DNA of 64,000 nt from Alphaproteobacteria bacterium (GTDB lineage Bacteria; Pseudomonadota; Alphaproteobacteria; Micropepsales; Micropepsaceae): assembly GCA_028865545.1 (NCBI GenBank), contig JAGWJY010000006.1, positions 31,932 to 95,931 of the forward strand. The letters run 5' to 3'. Positions within the stretch are counted from its first letter, which is position 1. Each line of letters begins with the position of its first letter. The notes beneath the pieces are model-generated. The model was not told the origin of the DNA, made no database searches, and saw nothing but the letters and a program-made list of their open reading frames with translations. The translations under genes and the position numbers were made by a program. This document shows, one piece after another, positions 31,557 through 40,818 of this stretch.

Positions 31557-33338
31557 TCACTCCTCGTTCTCTTCCTCTTTCTCGTCTTCCTTCTCGTCGT
31601 CGTTGTCGTCGCCACCCTTCTTGGTGCGGCGGCGGAGCGCGGCACCCAGGATGTCGCCGAGCGAAGCGCCGGAGTCGGACGAGCCGTATTGCGCCACGGC
31701 CTCCTTCTCTTCGGAGATTTCGCGCGCCTTGATCGACAGCGCGATCTTACGGCTGGACTTGTCCACGCTGGTGACCAGCGCATCGACCTTGTCACCCTTG
31801 CCGAAACGTTCCGGACGCTGATCGGCACGGTCGCGTGCCAGATCGGAGCGGCGGATGAACGAGCGCGCGCCACCGTCGAGTTCGACTTCGATACCGCCGT
31901 CGTTCACTTCCGTGACCGTGACGGTGACGACGGAGCCCTTCTTCAGCGGGCCTGCCTTCTCGATCGGATCGGCGCCCATCTGCTTGATGCCGAGGCTGAT
32001 GCGTTCCTTCTCGACGTCGACGTCAAGCACCTTGGCCTTGACGATCTGGCCCTTGGTGTAATCGGCCACGGCCTGATCGCCAGCCTTGTCCCAGGAGATG
32101 TCGGAGAGATGCACCATGCCGTCGATGTCCTCGGCGACGCCGACGAACAGCCCGAACTCGGTGATCGACTTGATCTCGCCTTCGACGACCGTGCCTGCCG
32201 GATGCGAGGCGGCGAACACCTGCCAGGGGTTGTCCTGGGTCTGCTTGAGGCCGAGCGAAATGCGGCGCTTGTTGGAATCGACTTCCAGCACCTGCACTTC
32301 GACTTCCGTGCCGGGAATGACGATCTTGGACGGGGCGACGTTCTTCTTCACCCAGCTCATCTCGCTGACATGGACGAGGCCTTCGACGCCCGGCTCCAGC
32401 TCCACGAAGGCGCCGTAGTCGGTGACATTGGTGACCTTGCCCGTGAAGCGCGCGCCGGACGGATATTTGGCGGCGACGCCCTCCCAGGGATCGGTCTGCA
32501 ACTGCTTCATGCCGAGGCTGATGCGCTGCGTCTCGTGGTTGATCTTGATGATCTGCACGGTGACGGTCTGGCCGACCTGCAGTACTTCCGTCGGGTGGCT
32601 GACGCGCCGCCAGGCGATATCGGTGACGTGCAGCAAGCCGTCGACGCCGCCCAGATCCACGAAAGCGCCGTAATCGGTGATGTTCTTGACGATGCCTTCG
32701 ACCACCTGCTTCTCCTGCAGGCTGGCGACCAACGAGGAACGCTCCTCGGCGCGGCGTTCTTCGAGCACGGCGCGGCGGGAGACCACGATGTTGCCGCGGC
32801 GGCGGTCCATCTTCAGGATCTGGAAGGGCTGCGGCTGGTTCATCAGCGGACCGACATCGCGCATCGGGCGCACATCGACCTGCGAACCGGGAAGAAACGC
32901 CACGGCGCCGTCGAGGTCGACGGTGAAGCCGCCCTTGACGCGGCCGAAGATGACGCCAGTGACGCGGGTCTGCTCGTTGAAGGCCCGTTCCAACCGGATC
33001 CAGCTTTCCTCGCGACGCGCCTTGTCACGCGACAGCACGGCCTCACCCAGCGCATTCTCGACGCGCTCGAGATAGACTTCCACTTCGTCGCCGACCTTCA
33101 CGGTCACCGGCACGCCCGGCATCGAGAATTCCTTGAGGCTGACGCGCCCTTCGGTCTTCAGGCCGACATCGACGATGGCGAAATCGTTCTCGATGGAGAC
33201 GATCTTGCCCTTGATGACGGAGCCTTCGGCGGGAGACTGGGTGATGAAGCTCTCTTCGAGCATGGCCGCGAAATCGTCGCGGCTCGGGCTGGCGATGGAC
33301 TCATCGCGGACTTTGGTGACGGAAGCGTGGCGGGCCAT
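31557..33338 (-). CDS. rpsA: 30S ribosomal protein S1
   Basis: DVGLKTEGR, FLPGSQVD, repeated S1 domains (DYGAFVDL, GLLHVTD, RISLGMKQ). Confidence 0.97.
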   Translation of the reverse strand: MARHASVTKVRDESIASPSRDDFAAMLEESFITQSPAEGSVIKGKIVSIENDFAIVDVGLKTEGRVSLKEFSMPGVPVTVKVGDEVEVYLERVENALGEAVLSRDKARREESWIRLERAFNEQTRVTGVIFGRVKGGFTVDLDGAVAFLPGSQVDVRPMRDVGPLMNQPQPFQILKMDRRRGNIVVSRRAVLEERRAEERSSLVASLQEKQVVEGIVKNITDYGAFVDLGGVDGLLHVTDIAWRRVSHPTEVLQVGQTVTVQIIKINHETQRISLGMKQLQTDPWEGVAAKYPSGARFTGKVTNVTDYGAFVELEPGVEGLVHVSEMSWVKKNVAPSKIVIPGTEVEVQVLEVDSNKRRISLGLKQTQDNPWQVFAASHPAGTVVEGEIKSITEFGLFVGVAEDIDGMVHLSDISWDKAGDQAVADYTKGQIVKAKVLDVDVEKERISLGIKQMGADPIEKAGPLKKGSVVTVTVTEVNDGGIEVELDGGARSFIRRSDLARDRADQRPERFGKGDKVDALVTSVDKSSRKIALSIKAREISEEKEAVAQYGSSDSGASLGDILGAALRRRTKKGGDDNDDEKEDEKEEENEE

Positions 33339-33469
33339 TTAATTCCTTCGGTTCGTAAGTGCGTGCCGACCGGATCGCTCCGGCGGACTTCCATGCAGGC
33401 GCGCGCCCGCAAGGCGGATGGGTTTCTGGGCAAGTTCGGGGCCGCTCGAGAGAGGCGCCGCCGGGTCTC

Positions 33470-34141
33470 CTAACCCCCTTGGCGGGCCTTGAGCGCGTTC
33501 TCGACACCGGGTTTGACCAGCGCGAGGGCTGCCGCGAACGCGGCGTCTATATCCAAATCGGAGGTATCGAGCAAGCGCGCGTCGGGCGCGGGCTTGAGGG
33601 GCGCGATGGCGCGGGAGCGGTCGCGGGCGTCGCGGGCGACGATTTCGGCAAGAATTGCGGCTTCTGCGGGGGCCGCGCCGGCCTGGTTCAATTCGAGCCA
33701 GCGGCGGTGGGCGCGGATTTCCGGCCGTGCATCGACAAAAAGCTTGGCCGTCGCCTGCGGGCAGACGACCGTGCCGATATCGCGGCCGTCGATCACCGCA
33801 CCGGCCAAAGAGTTGGGCGGTGTGGCCGCAAAGGCACGCTGAAACTGGAGCAGCGCGGCGCGCACCGACGGGATTGCCGAAACGATGGACGCGACATTGC
33901 CGACCTCGGCGGTGCGGATGGCCGGATCGTCGCCGCGGGCGGGATCGATGGCGCGGGCGACGGCAAGCGCGTCGGCTTCCTTTGCCGGATCGCCATGGGC
34001 CTCCATGACGCCGAGCGCAACGAGGCGATAGAGCGAACCGGAATCCAGATGGGCAAAGTTGAAATGCCGCGCCAGCTTCTTCGCCAGCGTGCCCTTGCCA
34101 GATGCGGCGGTCCCGTCAACGGCGATGATGATGGAGGTCAT
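33470..34141 (-). CDS. cmk: Cytidylate kinase
   Basis: IAVDGTAASGKGT, DSGSLYR, DGRDIGTVVCP, RDARDRSR. Confidence 0.95.
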   Translation of the reverse strand: MTSIIIAVDGTAASGKGTLAKKLARHFNFAHLDSGSLYRLVALGVMEAHGDPAKEADALAVARAIDPARGDDPAIRTAEVGNVASIVSAIPSVRAALLQFQRAFAATPPNSLAGAVIDGRDIGTVVCPQATAKLFVDARPEIRAHRRWLELNQAGAAPAEAAILAEIVARDARDRSRAIAPLKPAPDARLLDTSDLDIDAAFAAALALVKPGVENALKARQGG

Positions 34142-34244
34142 TGGTTCCGCTATCCGACAGGACGCAAGAGGTTCTGAAAGCCGGCGGCGAACGTCAGAGC
34201 CTGCAGGCTCACCGCCCTGAGAAGATGGCCGTGCAGCAGCGCCG

Positions 34245-35597
34245 TCATCCCTCCACGGCCTCGAAATGCGCGCCGAGGTGACGCATCAGCTCTTCGAACT
34301 CGGGGAAGCTGGTGGCGACCATGGAGACGTCGTCGACGCTCATCGGCAGGCGCGACGCCAAGCCCATTGTCAGGAACGACATGGCGATGCGGTGATCCAT
34401 ATGCGTGGTGACAAGCCCGCCGCCCGGCACGCCATCGCCGCCGCGCCCTTCCACCACCATGCCGTCGGGCAACTCTTCTACGGCAATGCCGGCCGCGCGC
34501 AGTCCGGCGATGATGGCGGCCAGCCGGTCACTTTCCTTAACCCGCAACTCCTCGAGGCCGCGCATCACCGTAGGGCCTTCAGCGAACGCCGCCGCCACGG
34601 CCAAGACGGGATATTCGTCGATCATCGCCGGCGCGCGCCCGGGCGGCACCTCGACACCTTTCAGAGACGACGCGTGCACGACGAGGTCGCCAATCTTTTC
34701 GCCGCCGCTCCCGCGGGCGTTGACGATGTCGATCTTCGCGCCCATTTCCAGCAAGGTCTCGATCAGGCCGGTGCGGCGGGGATTGAGCAGAACGCCAGAC
34801 AGCGTGACTTCCGATCCCGGCACGATCAGGCCCGCCACCATGGGGAAAGCGGCGGAGGACGGATCGCGCGGTACATCGACGGCGACGCCTTTCAACTCCG
34901 CCTCACCCATCAGTGAAATGACTTCGCCGCCATCCGCCAAAGCTTCGACGGAAATCTCGGCGCCAAACGCCGTCAGCATCCGCTCGGTGTGGTCGCGGGT
35001 GAGCGTGGTCTGCGCGATGCGCGAACGGCCGGGGGCGTTCAACGCCGCCAACAACATAGCGGACTTCACTTGGGCGGAGGCGACCGTGACCTTATGTTCC
35101 ACGCAAATCGGCTGCGCCGCACCCGTCAGTGTCACCGGCATCAGACCGCCTGCCCGCCCTTGGTATTGCGCGCCAAACAACTTCAGCGGATCGAGCACCC
35201 GCCCCATCGGCCGCTTGCGCAGCGAGGCGTCGCCGGTGAACACGGCGCTGACAGACGTGGTGGCCATCGCCCCCATCATCAGGCGCGAACCGGTGCCGGA
35301 ATTGCCGAAATCCAGCACATCGTCGGGCTCATTCCAGCCGCCAACGCCGGTGCCATGGACATGCCAGGACCCTTTGCCGACGCGGATCGCCCGGGCGCCG
35401 AAGGCGCGCACCGCCTCGGCGGTGTTCAAGACGTCCTCGGCCTCCAAAAGGCCGGTGATTCTGGTCTCACCCAGGGCCAAGGCGCCCAAGATCAGGGCCC
35501 GATGGGAGATGGATTTGTCCCCCGGAACGGCAACGGTACCGTTCAGTGCGGACAGACGGTGGGCCCTCAGGGGGCGGGCTTGGGCGGAGGCGGGCAT
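34245..35597 (-). CDS. aroA: EPSP synthase
   Basis: [59 protein letters not shown]. Confidence 0.97.
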   Translation of the reverse strand: MPASAQARPLRAHRLSALNGTVAVPGDKSISHRALILGALALGETRITGLLEAEDVLNTAEAVRAFGARAIRVGKGSWHVHGTGVGGWNEPDDVLDFGNSGTGSRLMMGAMATTSVSAVFTGDASLRKRPMGRVLDPLKLFGAQYQGRAGGLMPVTLTGAAQPICVEHKVTVASAQVKSAMLLAALNAPGRSRIAQTTLTRDHTERMLTAFGAEISVEALADGGEVISLMGEAELKGVAVDVPRDPSSAAFPMVAGLIVPGSEVTLSGVLLNPRRTGLIETLLEMGAKIDIVNARGSGGEKIGDLVVHASSLKGVEVPPGRAPAMIDEYPVLAVAAAFAEGPTVMRGLEELRVKESDRLAAIIAGLRAAGIAVEELPDGMVVEGRGGDGVPGGGLVTTHMDHRIAMSFLTMGLASRLPMSVDDVSMVATSFPEFEELMRHLGAHFEAVEG

Positions 35598-35742
35598 CGG
35601 TGACCTTTGGAAAAGGCATGGATTGCCTAACGGAATGGCCGGCGGGGTCAAGAACTTTGAAAGACATGCCGAAGGGCTTTGACAGGGGGTTGCAACCGTG
35701 GCAAACGACGCGGCCTCCGGAAACAACGCGGGATATTGAGAA

Positions 35743-36231
35743 TTGGTCAAAGGTGATCTCGGAACGAAACGTGTTTGCCCGAGTTGCGGCGCGCGCTTCT
35801 ATGATCTCTCGAAGCGGCCCATCGAGTGCCCGAAATGCAGTTTCGCGTTCGAGCCCGAAGCCCTCTACAAACAGCGCCGTCCGCGTCAGCCCGAACCGGC
35901 TGCGGCGGTAGAGGCGACGGCGGAAGCCGAAGACGACGAGCAGGAGGAAGAGGTCGAGGAGACCGAGGAAGAGACGATCGTGGAACCGATCGCCGACGAG
36001 CCGGCCCTCGAGACCGGTGACGACGACGAAGAAGAGGCTGCACCCGAAGAACCGGAAACGGCCGGTGTCGGCATCTCGGTTGTCGAAGGAGAAGATGCGG
36101 CGATCGAGGAAATCGACGACGCCGAGGTTGAGGACGAAGACGAGGACGACGGCCTTCTCGAAGAGGTCGAAGAAGACGAAGACGATGTCAGCGGTATCAT
36201 CGACGCAGACATCAAGGAAGACGAACGTTAG
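35743..36231 (+). CDS. TIGR02300 (FYDLN_acid) family protein
   Basis: [21 protein letters not shown] zinc ribbon plus long acidic tail; conserved position between aroA and tRNA-Ala. Confidence 0.9.
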   Translation: MVKGDLGTKRVCPSCGARFYDLSKRPIECPKCSFAFEPEALYKQRRPRQPEPAAAVEATAEAEDDEQEEEVEETEEETIVEPIADEPALETGDDDEEEAAPEEPETAGVGISVVEGEDAAIEEIDDAEVEDEDEDDGLLEEVEEDEDDVSGIIDADIKEDER

Positions 36232-36268
36232 AGTTTCCGCTCCCGGTCCCCAAACCGGGATGCCAAAT

Positions 36269-36344
36269 GGGGCCATAGCTCAGCTGGGAGAGCGCCTGCA
36301 TGGCATGCAGGAGGTCAGCGGTTCGATCCCGCTTGGCTCCACCA
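36269..36344 (+). tRNA. tRNA-Ala (anticodon GGC)
   Basis: GGGGCCATAGCTCAGCTGGGAGAGCG, anticodon arm CCTGC-ATGGCAT-GCAGG, GGTTCGATCCC T-loop, encoded CCA end; 76 nt. Confidence 0.97.
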
Positions 36345-36345
36345 G

Positions 36346-36426
36346 CCTTCGACTGCGCCGCAGGCTACACCCAGCAAGGCACTAGGAATGCGAAGCCTGC
36401 CCGGCGAAGCCGCAGGCGAAGTCGGG
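36346..36426. repeat. Imperfect inverted-repeat element immediately 3' of the tRNA
   Basis: Left CTTCG-a-CTGCG..GGCTAC-aCC versus reverse complement of right arm CTTCG-c-CTGCG-GCTTC-gCC. Confidence 0.6.
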
Positions 36427-36439
36427 CCAGGAATGGCCA

Positions 36440-36652
36440 ATGAAATATTCCGATCTTCGAAAGTATTCCGCAGCTGGGTGAAGTCTACGCCGGACTGACC
36501 GATGATCTGTGGCATCGCCTGAAAGTTCATAACGCAGGCGGCTCACCCCACACTTCGAAATTCAAACCCTGGTGCCTTGTGACCTATGCCGCGTTCCGCG
36601 ACGAAGAAACAGCAGTTCTGGTCGAGCATTCGCGAAGAAGGGATTGCGGTAG
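36440..36652 (+). pseudogene. Small GIY-YIG nuclease pseudogene
   Basis: MKY start, frameshift, then VYAGLTDDLWHRLKVHNAGGSPHTSKFKPWCLVTYAAFRDEETA, then another frame giving SGRAFAKKGLR*. Confidence 0.8.
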
Positions 36653-36750
36653 AAACTTAGCCGCCTGTTCTTCACCTCACTTGTATGCCCATATCTCACG
36701 CCTGCGACGCACACCGAATTTCCAAGCCGCCTAAATCGCCTCCCTCCCCC

Positions 36751-37131
36751 ATGAACCTCATCCCCGCCCTGATCGCATTGTTCGCCTGCCAGCTGGCCGG
36801 GACGGCCCTGCAGATTTTATTCGCCCTGCCCGTCCCCGGCGCGGTGATCGGCATGCTGCTGCTGTTCGTCGCCCTGCTCGTCCGGCGGAATATCCCGGCC
36901 GGTCTGCAGCTGACATCGCTGACCTTGTTGCGTTACCTGCCGCTGCTGTTCGTGCCGGCAGGCGTCGGCGTCATGCAGCAGTTCGGATTGCTTAAGCGGG
37001 AGTGGCTGCCGATCACAGCATCGCTGATCGGCTCCATCATCATCACCATCGCCTTTACCGGCCTGGTGATGCAGTTCTGCCTGCGGCGGAGCCGGCCGGC
37101 CGACAACGACGAGGGCCGACGCCGTGGATGA
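36751..37131 (+). CDS. CidA/LrgA family holin-like protein
   Basis: LPVPGAVIGMLLL, LPLLFVPAGVGVM; overlaps the lrgB-like gene. Confidence 0.9.
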   Translation: MNLIPALIALFACQLAGTALQILFALPVPGAVIGMLLLFVALLVRRNIPAGLQLTSLTLLRYLPLLFVPAGVGVMQQFGLLKREWLPITASLIGSIIITIAFTGLVMQFCLRRSRPADNDEGRRRG

Positions 37132-37843
37132 ACTCCACCATCTCTGGGCCACACTTGCCTCCTCGCCGCTGTTGCCCCTGACGCTGACGTTAGTCGCCTA
37201 TCAGATCGCAACCTCAGTGTGGGAGCGCACCAACCGCCATCCGCTCGCCAATCCCGTCCTCCTGGCGATCGCCATCCTGGTCCTGGTGCTCGATGTGACG
37301 GGAACGGATTACCAGACCTATTTCAGCGGCGCGCAGTTCATCCACTTCCTGCTGGGACCGGCAACGGTGGCGCTCGCCATCCCGCTCTATCGCGCTTACG
37401 ACCACATCCGACAGTCGGCCGCGGCAATTGCCGTGGCGACCATTTCGGGCTGCGTGGTGGCGATCAGCAGCAGCGTGGGGATCGGCTGGCTGTTGGGTGG
37501 AAGCTGGCGCACCTTGTTGTCGCTCGCCCCAAAATCGGCGACGACGCCGATTGCCATGGGCGTGTCGAGCATACTCGGCGGCAACGCATCCCTGACGGCG
37601 ATCTTCGTCATCTTGACAGGCATCATGGGCGCCATGCTGTCGACGCGCTTGTTCAACCTGATTGGCGTCAGCGATCCCCGGGCGCGCGGACTGGCGACCG
37701 GGCTGGCGGCACACGGCATCGGCACGGCGCACAAGCTGCAGATCGACGAGTTGACCGGCGCCTTTGCCGGCCTGGCAATGGGGCTGAACGGCCTGGCCAC
37801 AGCGGTGTTGGCGCCCCTGCTGCTGCACTGGCTCATCCGGTAA
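37124..37843 (+). CDS. LrgB/CidB family membrane protein
   Basis: FLLGPATVALAIPLY, SLAPKSATTPIAM, GLAAHGIGTA. Confidence 0.92.
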   Translation: MDELHHLWATLASSPLLPLTLTLVAYQIATSVWERTNRHPLANPVLLAIAILVLVLDVTGTDYQTYFSGAQFIHFLLGPATVALAIPLYRAYDHIRQSAAAIAVATISGCVVAISSSVGIGWLLGGSWRTLLSLAPKSATTPIAMGVSSILGGNASLTAIFVILTGIMGAMLSTRLFNLIGVSDPRARGLATGLAAHGIGTAHKLQIDELTGAFAGLAMGLNGLATAVLAPLLLHWLIR

Positions 37844-37906
37844 GCTTGAAAAGCCGCACTCCAGCCACAATTTGCTATCGTAGCCATCGTAAAAAAGGAG
37901 CGGATC

Positions 37907-38659
37907 ATGAAGATCGCAATCGTCACCGGCGGAAGCCGCGGCCTCGGCAAAAGCATGGCTCTGCATCTGGCGGCGCAGGGACGAGACGTCATCCTCACCT
38001 ACCACAGCAAAAAGGCCGAGGCTGACGCCGTCGTTGCAGAGATCGAGAAGAACGGCCGCAAGGCGGTGGCACTGCAGCTCGACGTCGCCGATCACACCAC
38101 ATTCACCGCCTTTGCCGAGAAGGTGAAGACCGCACTCAAGGCAAAATGGGACCGGAACGATTTCGATTTCCTGGTCAATAATGCCGGCGTCGGCATTCAT
38201 GCCAATTTCACGGAGACGACCGAAGAACAATTCGACCAGCTGGTGAACATCCATCTCAAAGCTACCTTCTTCCTGACCCAGAAACTGGTGCCGTTGATGA
38301 AGGACGGCGGGCGCATCGTGAACATCTCTTCGGGCCTCGCGCGTTTCAGCCTGCCGGGCTATTCCGCCTATGGCGCCATGAAAGGCGGCATCGAGACCCT
38401 GACGCGCTACATGGCGAAAGAACTGGGCGCGCGGCGGATCACGGCCAACGTCATCGCGCCAGGGGCCATCGAGACCGATTTCGGCGGCGGCATGGTGCGT
38501 GACAACAAGCAGGTCAACGCCTTCGTCGCTTCGCAGACGGCGCTGGGCCGCGTGGGGTTGCCGGACGATGTCGGCGGAGCGGTAGCCGCGCTTTTGTCCG
38601 ACGGCAACAACTGGGTCAACGGCCAGCGGATCGAGGTTTCGGGCGGCGTGAATTTGTAA
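37907..38659 (+). CDS. Short-chain dehydrogenase/reductase
   Basis: TGGSRGLG, NNAG, YSAYGAMKGG (YxxxK), PGAIETDF. Confidence 0.92.
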   Translation: MKIAIVTGGSRGLGKSMALHLAAQGRDVILTYHSKKAEADAVVAEIEKNGRKAVALQLDVADHTTFTAFAEKVKTALKAKWDRNDFDFLVNNAGVGIHANFTETTEEQFDQLVNIHLKATFFLTQKLVPLMKDGGRIVNISSGLARFSLPGYSAYGAMKGGIETLTRYMAKELGARRITANVIAPGAIETDFGGGMVRDNKQVNAFVASQTALGRVGLPDDVGGAVAALLSDGNNWVNGQRIEVSGGVNL

Positions 38660-38953
38660 ATTCGCAAATCCGTCCGCTGTCGCTCTCTTCATAATTCAAC
38701 CTTAGATTGATACAATCACGAACCTTTGCTTATGTCCGGCGAACGAGAAAGGCACGACGGCCGACGCCGGTATCGATTTGCGAAACCTCGCCGCCGATGC
38801 CGGCGCACACACGGCGTCGTGGACAATTCTTTGGTCCAGGGTGCGGTAAATTACGGCTTGTGCCGCGGCGACAATTTCGACAAGACAGAGCTGCGCAGGC
38901 GTCTATAGGATCGATCACCCGTTGCCGGGATATGTTCACGAAAGGCAAGCGCA

Positions 38954-40453
38954 TTGAGCGCATTCATCGACGCCCGGACCGTTCCCTCGGGCACCGTTCT
39001 CGAAACTGATCTGGCAATCGTCGGCGGAGGCCCCGCCGGGATTTCGATGGCGCTCGCACTGGCCAACACGCCGCTACGGGTCGTGCTGCTGGAAAGCGGC
39101 GGCATGACGTTCGACGCCAAGACCCAGGCGCTTTACGCGGGCGCCGAAGTCGGCGCCCCCTATCTGCCACTGGATACAACGCGGATGCGTTATCTCGGCG
39201 GCAGCACCAACCACTGGGGCGGTTGGTGCCGGCCGATGGACGACATCGATTTCGAAGAACGCACCTGGATGCCCTATTCGGGCTGGCCGTTCGGGCGCAA
39301 AGCGCTCGAGCCTTATTACGCGCGCGCTCAGGCACTGTGCGAAGCCGGCCCTTTTATCTACGACAAGGCGTTCAAGTGGTCATCCGACCAAGGACCGACG
39401 ATCGCATTGGGCGACGGCGGGGTCATCACACGCTGGTTCCAATTCAGCAAGATGCGCGGCAGCGTGCTGCCCACCCATTTCGGCGACCGTTATGCCGAGG
39501 ACCTGAGACGCGTCCCGCGGCTCTCCACCTATCTACACGCCAACGTCACGCGGCTGGGCCTCGATGGCGGCGGCGCAAAGATCAACCAACTGGACGTGCA
39601 GACGCTGAACGGCAAGCGTTTCACCCTAAAGCCGAAATATACCGTGCTGGCGATGGGCGCCGTGGAGATCGCACGCTTGATGCTGGCGTCCAACGACGTG
39701 AACCCGGCAGGGGTCGGCAACGAAAACGACCTGGTCGGACGCTTCTTCGCCGATCATCCCATTCCGCGCGATACGGCGACTCTGGTGCTGTTCGACGGCA
39801 AGCTGGCGCCATTCTACCAGAACAACCAGATCATCCACGGCGCCATCATGCGCGCTGGCCTGTTCCCGAGCGAAGATTTCCGCCGCAAGAATGCGGTGAT
39901 GGATTCCTCGACCACCATCGAAAACAAAACGGAACTTGACGACCTGGGTAAGGCCGCCGTAGCGGCCGCCGCTGCGGCGCTGGGCGTCGACGCCAGCAAT
40001 GCGACGGCCTATTCGCTCGGTTGCGGCATGGAGATCACGCCAGATCCGAATCGCCGCTTTACGCTCGACACCGGCCGCGACGCGCTGGGCCTGCCGCGCC
40101 TGAAACTGCATATGCGCCTCGCCGACACCGATTTCGCCCGCTTCCGCCAGACGCTGAAGGAACTGGGCCGCCAGCTTCTGGAGGCCCGCACCGGCATGCT
40201 GCGGCTCAATCTGAAAACACGCGGGCAATGGCTCGATGGTTTGGACTGGGGCAACCACCACATGGGCACGACGCGCATGCATGTCGATCCACGCAAAGGC
40301 GTGGTCGACGCCAACCTGCAGGTGCACGGTATTTCCAACCTGTTCGTGGCGGGAAGCGCGGTCTATCCAACCTATAGCGCGGCGAACCCGACGGTGAACC
40401 TGCTGGCGCTGGCGCTCAGGCTGGTCGACCATCTGAAAGGTTTGCCGCGATGA
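38954..40453 (+). CDS. GMC family FAD oxidoreductase
   Basis: IVGGGPAG, GGSTNHWGG, NHHMGTTRM, VVDANLQVHG, AANPTVNL. Confidence 0.9.
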   Translation: MSAFIDARTVPSGTVLETDLAIVGGGPAGISMALALANTPLRVVLLESGGMTFDAKTQALYAGAEVGAPYLPLDTTRMRYLGGSTNHWGGWCRPMDDIDFEERTWMPYSGWPFGRKALEPYYARAQALCEAGPFIYDKAFKWSSDQGPTIALGDGGVITRWFQFSKMRGSVLPTHFGDRYAEDLRRVPRLSTYLHANVTRLGLDGGGAKINQLDVQTLNGKRFTLKPKYTVLAMGAVEIARLMLASNDVNPAGVGNENDLVGRFFADHPIPRDTATLVLFDGKLAPFYQNNQIIHGAIMRAGLFPSEDFRRKNAVMDSSTTIENKTELDDLGKAAVAAAAAALGVDASNATAYSLGCGMEITPDPNRRFTLDTGRDALGLPRLKLHMRLADTDFARFRQTLKELGRQLLEARTGMLRLNLKTRGQWLDGLDWGNHHMGTTRMHVDPRKGVVDANLQVHGISNLFVAGSAVYPTYSAANPTVNLLALALRLVDHLKGLPR

Positions 40454-40815
40454 AAGAGATGTTCACCCGGCGCAGGATCATGTTCGGCGCGGGCGGCGCG
40501 GTGCTGCTCGCCGGTGGGGCCTATGAAGGACGGCGCTTGCTGCGCAAGCGCTACGCCCCCAGCCCGTATGACGACCTTCTGGCGCAGCTGGACGATCGCG
40601 ACGCCGACGCGCAGATCGGTGAAGCGGTGCTGGCGGACATCGACGATTTCGACGCCAAGACGGTGTCGGAAAGCGTGCGCGCGCGGCTGGCGCATCAGTC
40701 GCTGGCACAGGCCGCGGTGGCCGACGCCACCGAAGACCGGCTGCTGGAAGCAAATGGCTGGGTGATCCCCGAGACGCTCGGACTGCTTTGCGCCCTGGCC
40801 GCGAAGGCGGAATAG
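40450..40815 (+). CDS. Small Tat-signal protein, probable partner subunit of the GMC oxidoreductase
   Basis: TRRRIM twin-arginine-like motif plus hydrophobic stretch; C-terminal NGWVIPETLGLLCALAA; ATGA overlap. Confidence 0.7.
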   Translation: MKEMFTRRRIMFGAGGAVLLAGGAYEGRRLLRKRYAPSPYDDLLAQLDDRDADAQIGEAVLADIDDFDAKTVSESVRARLAHQSLAQAAVADATEDRLLEANGWVIPETLGLLCALAAKAE

Positions 40816-40818
40816 CCT

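Noticed and set aside
31545-33473. 642-aa plus-strand ORF
   Set aside because: Antisense shadow of rpsA.
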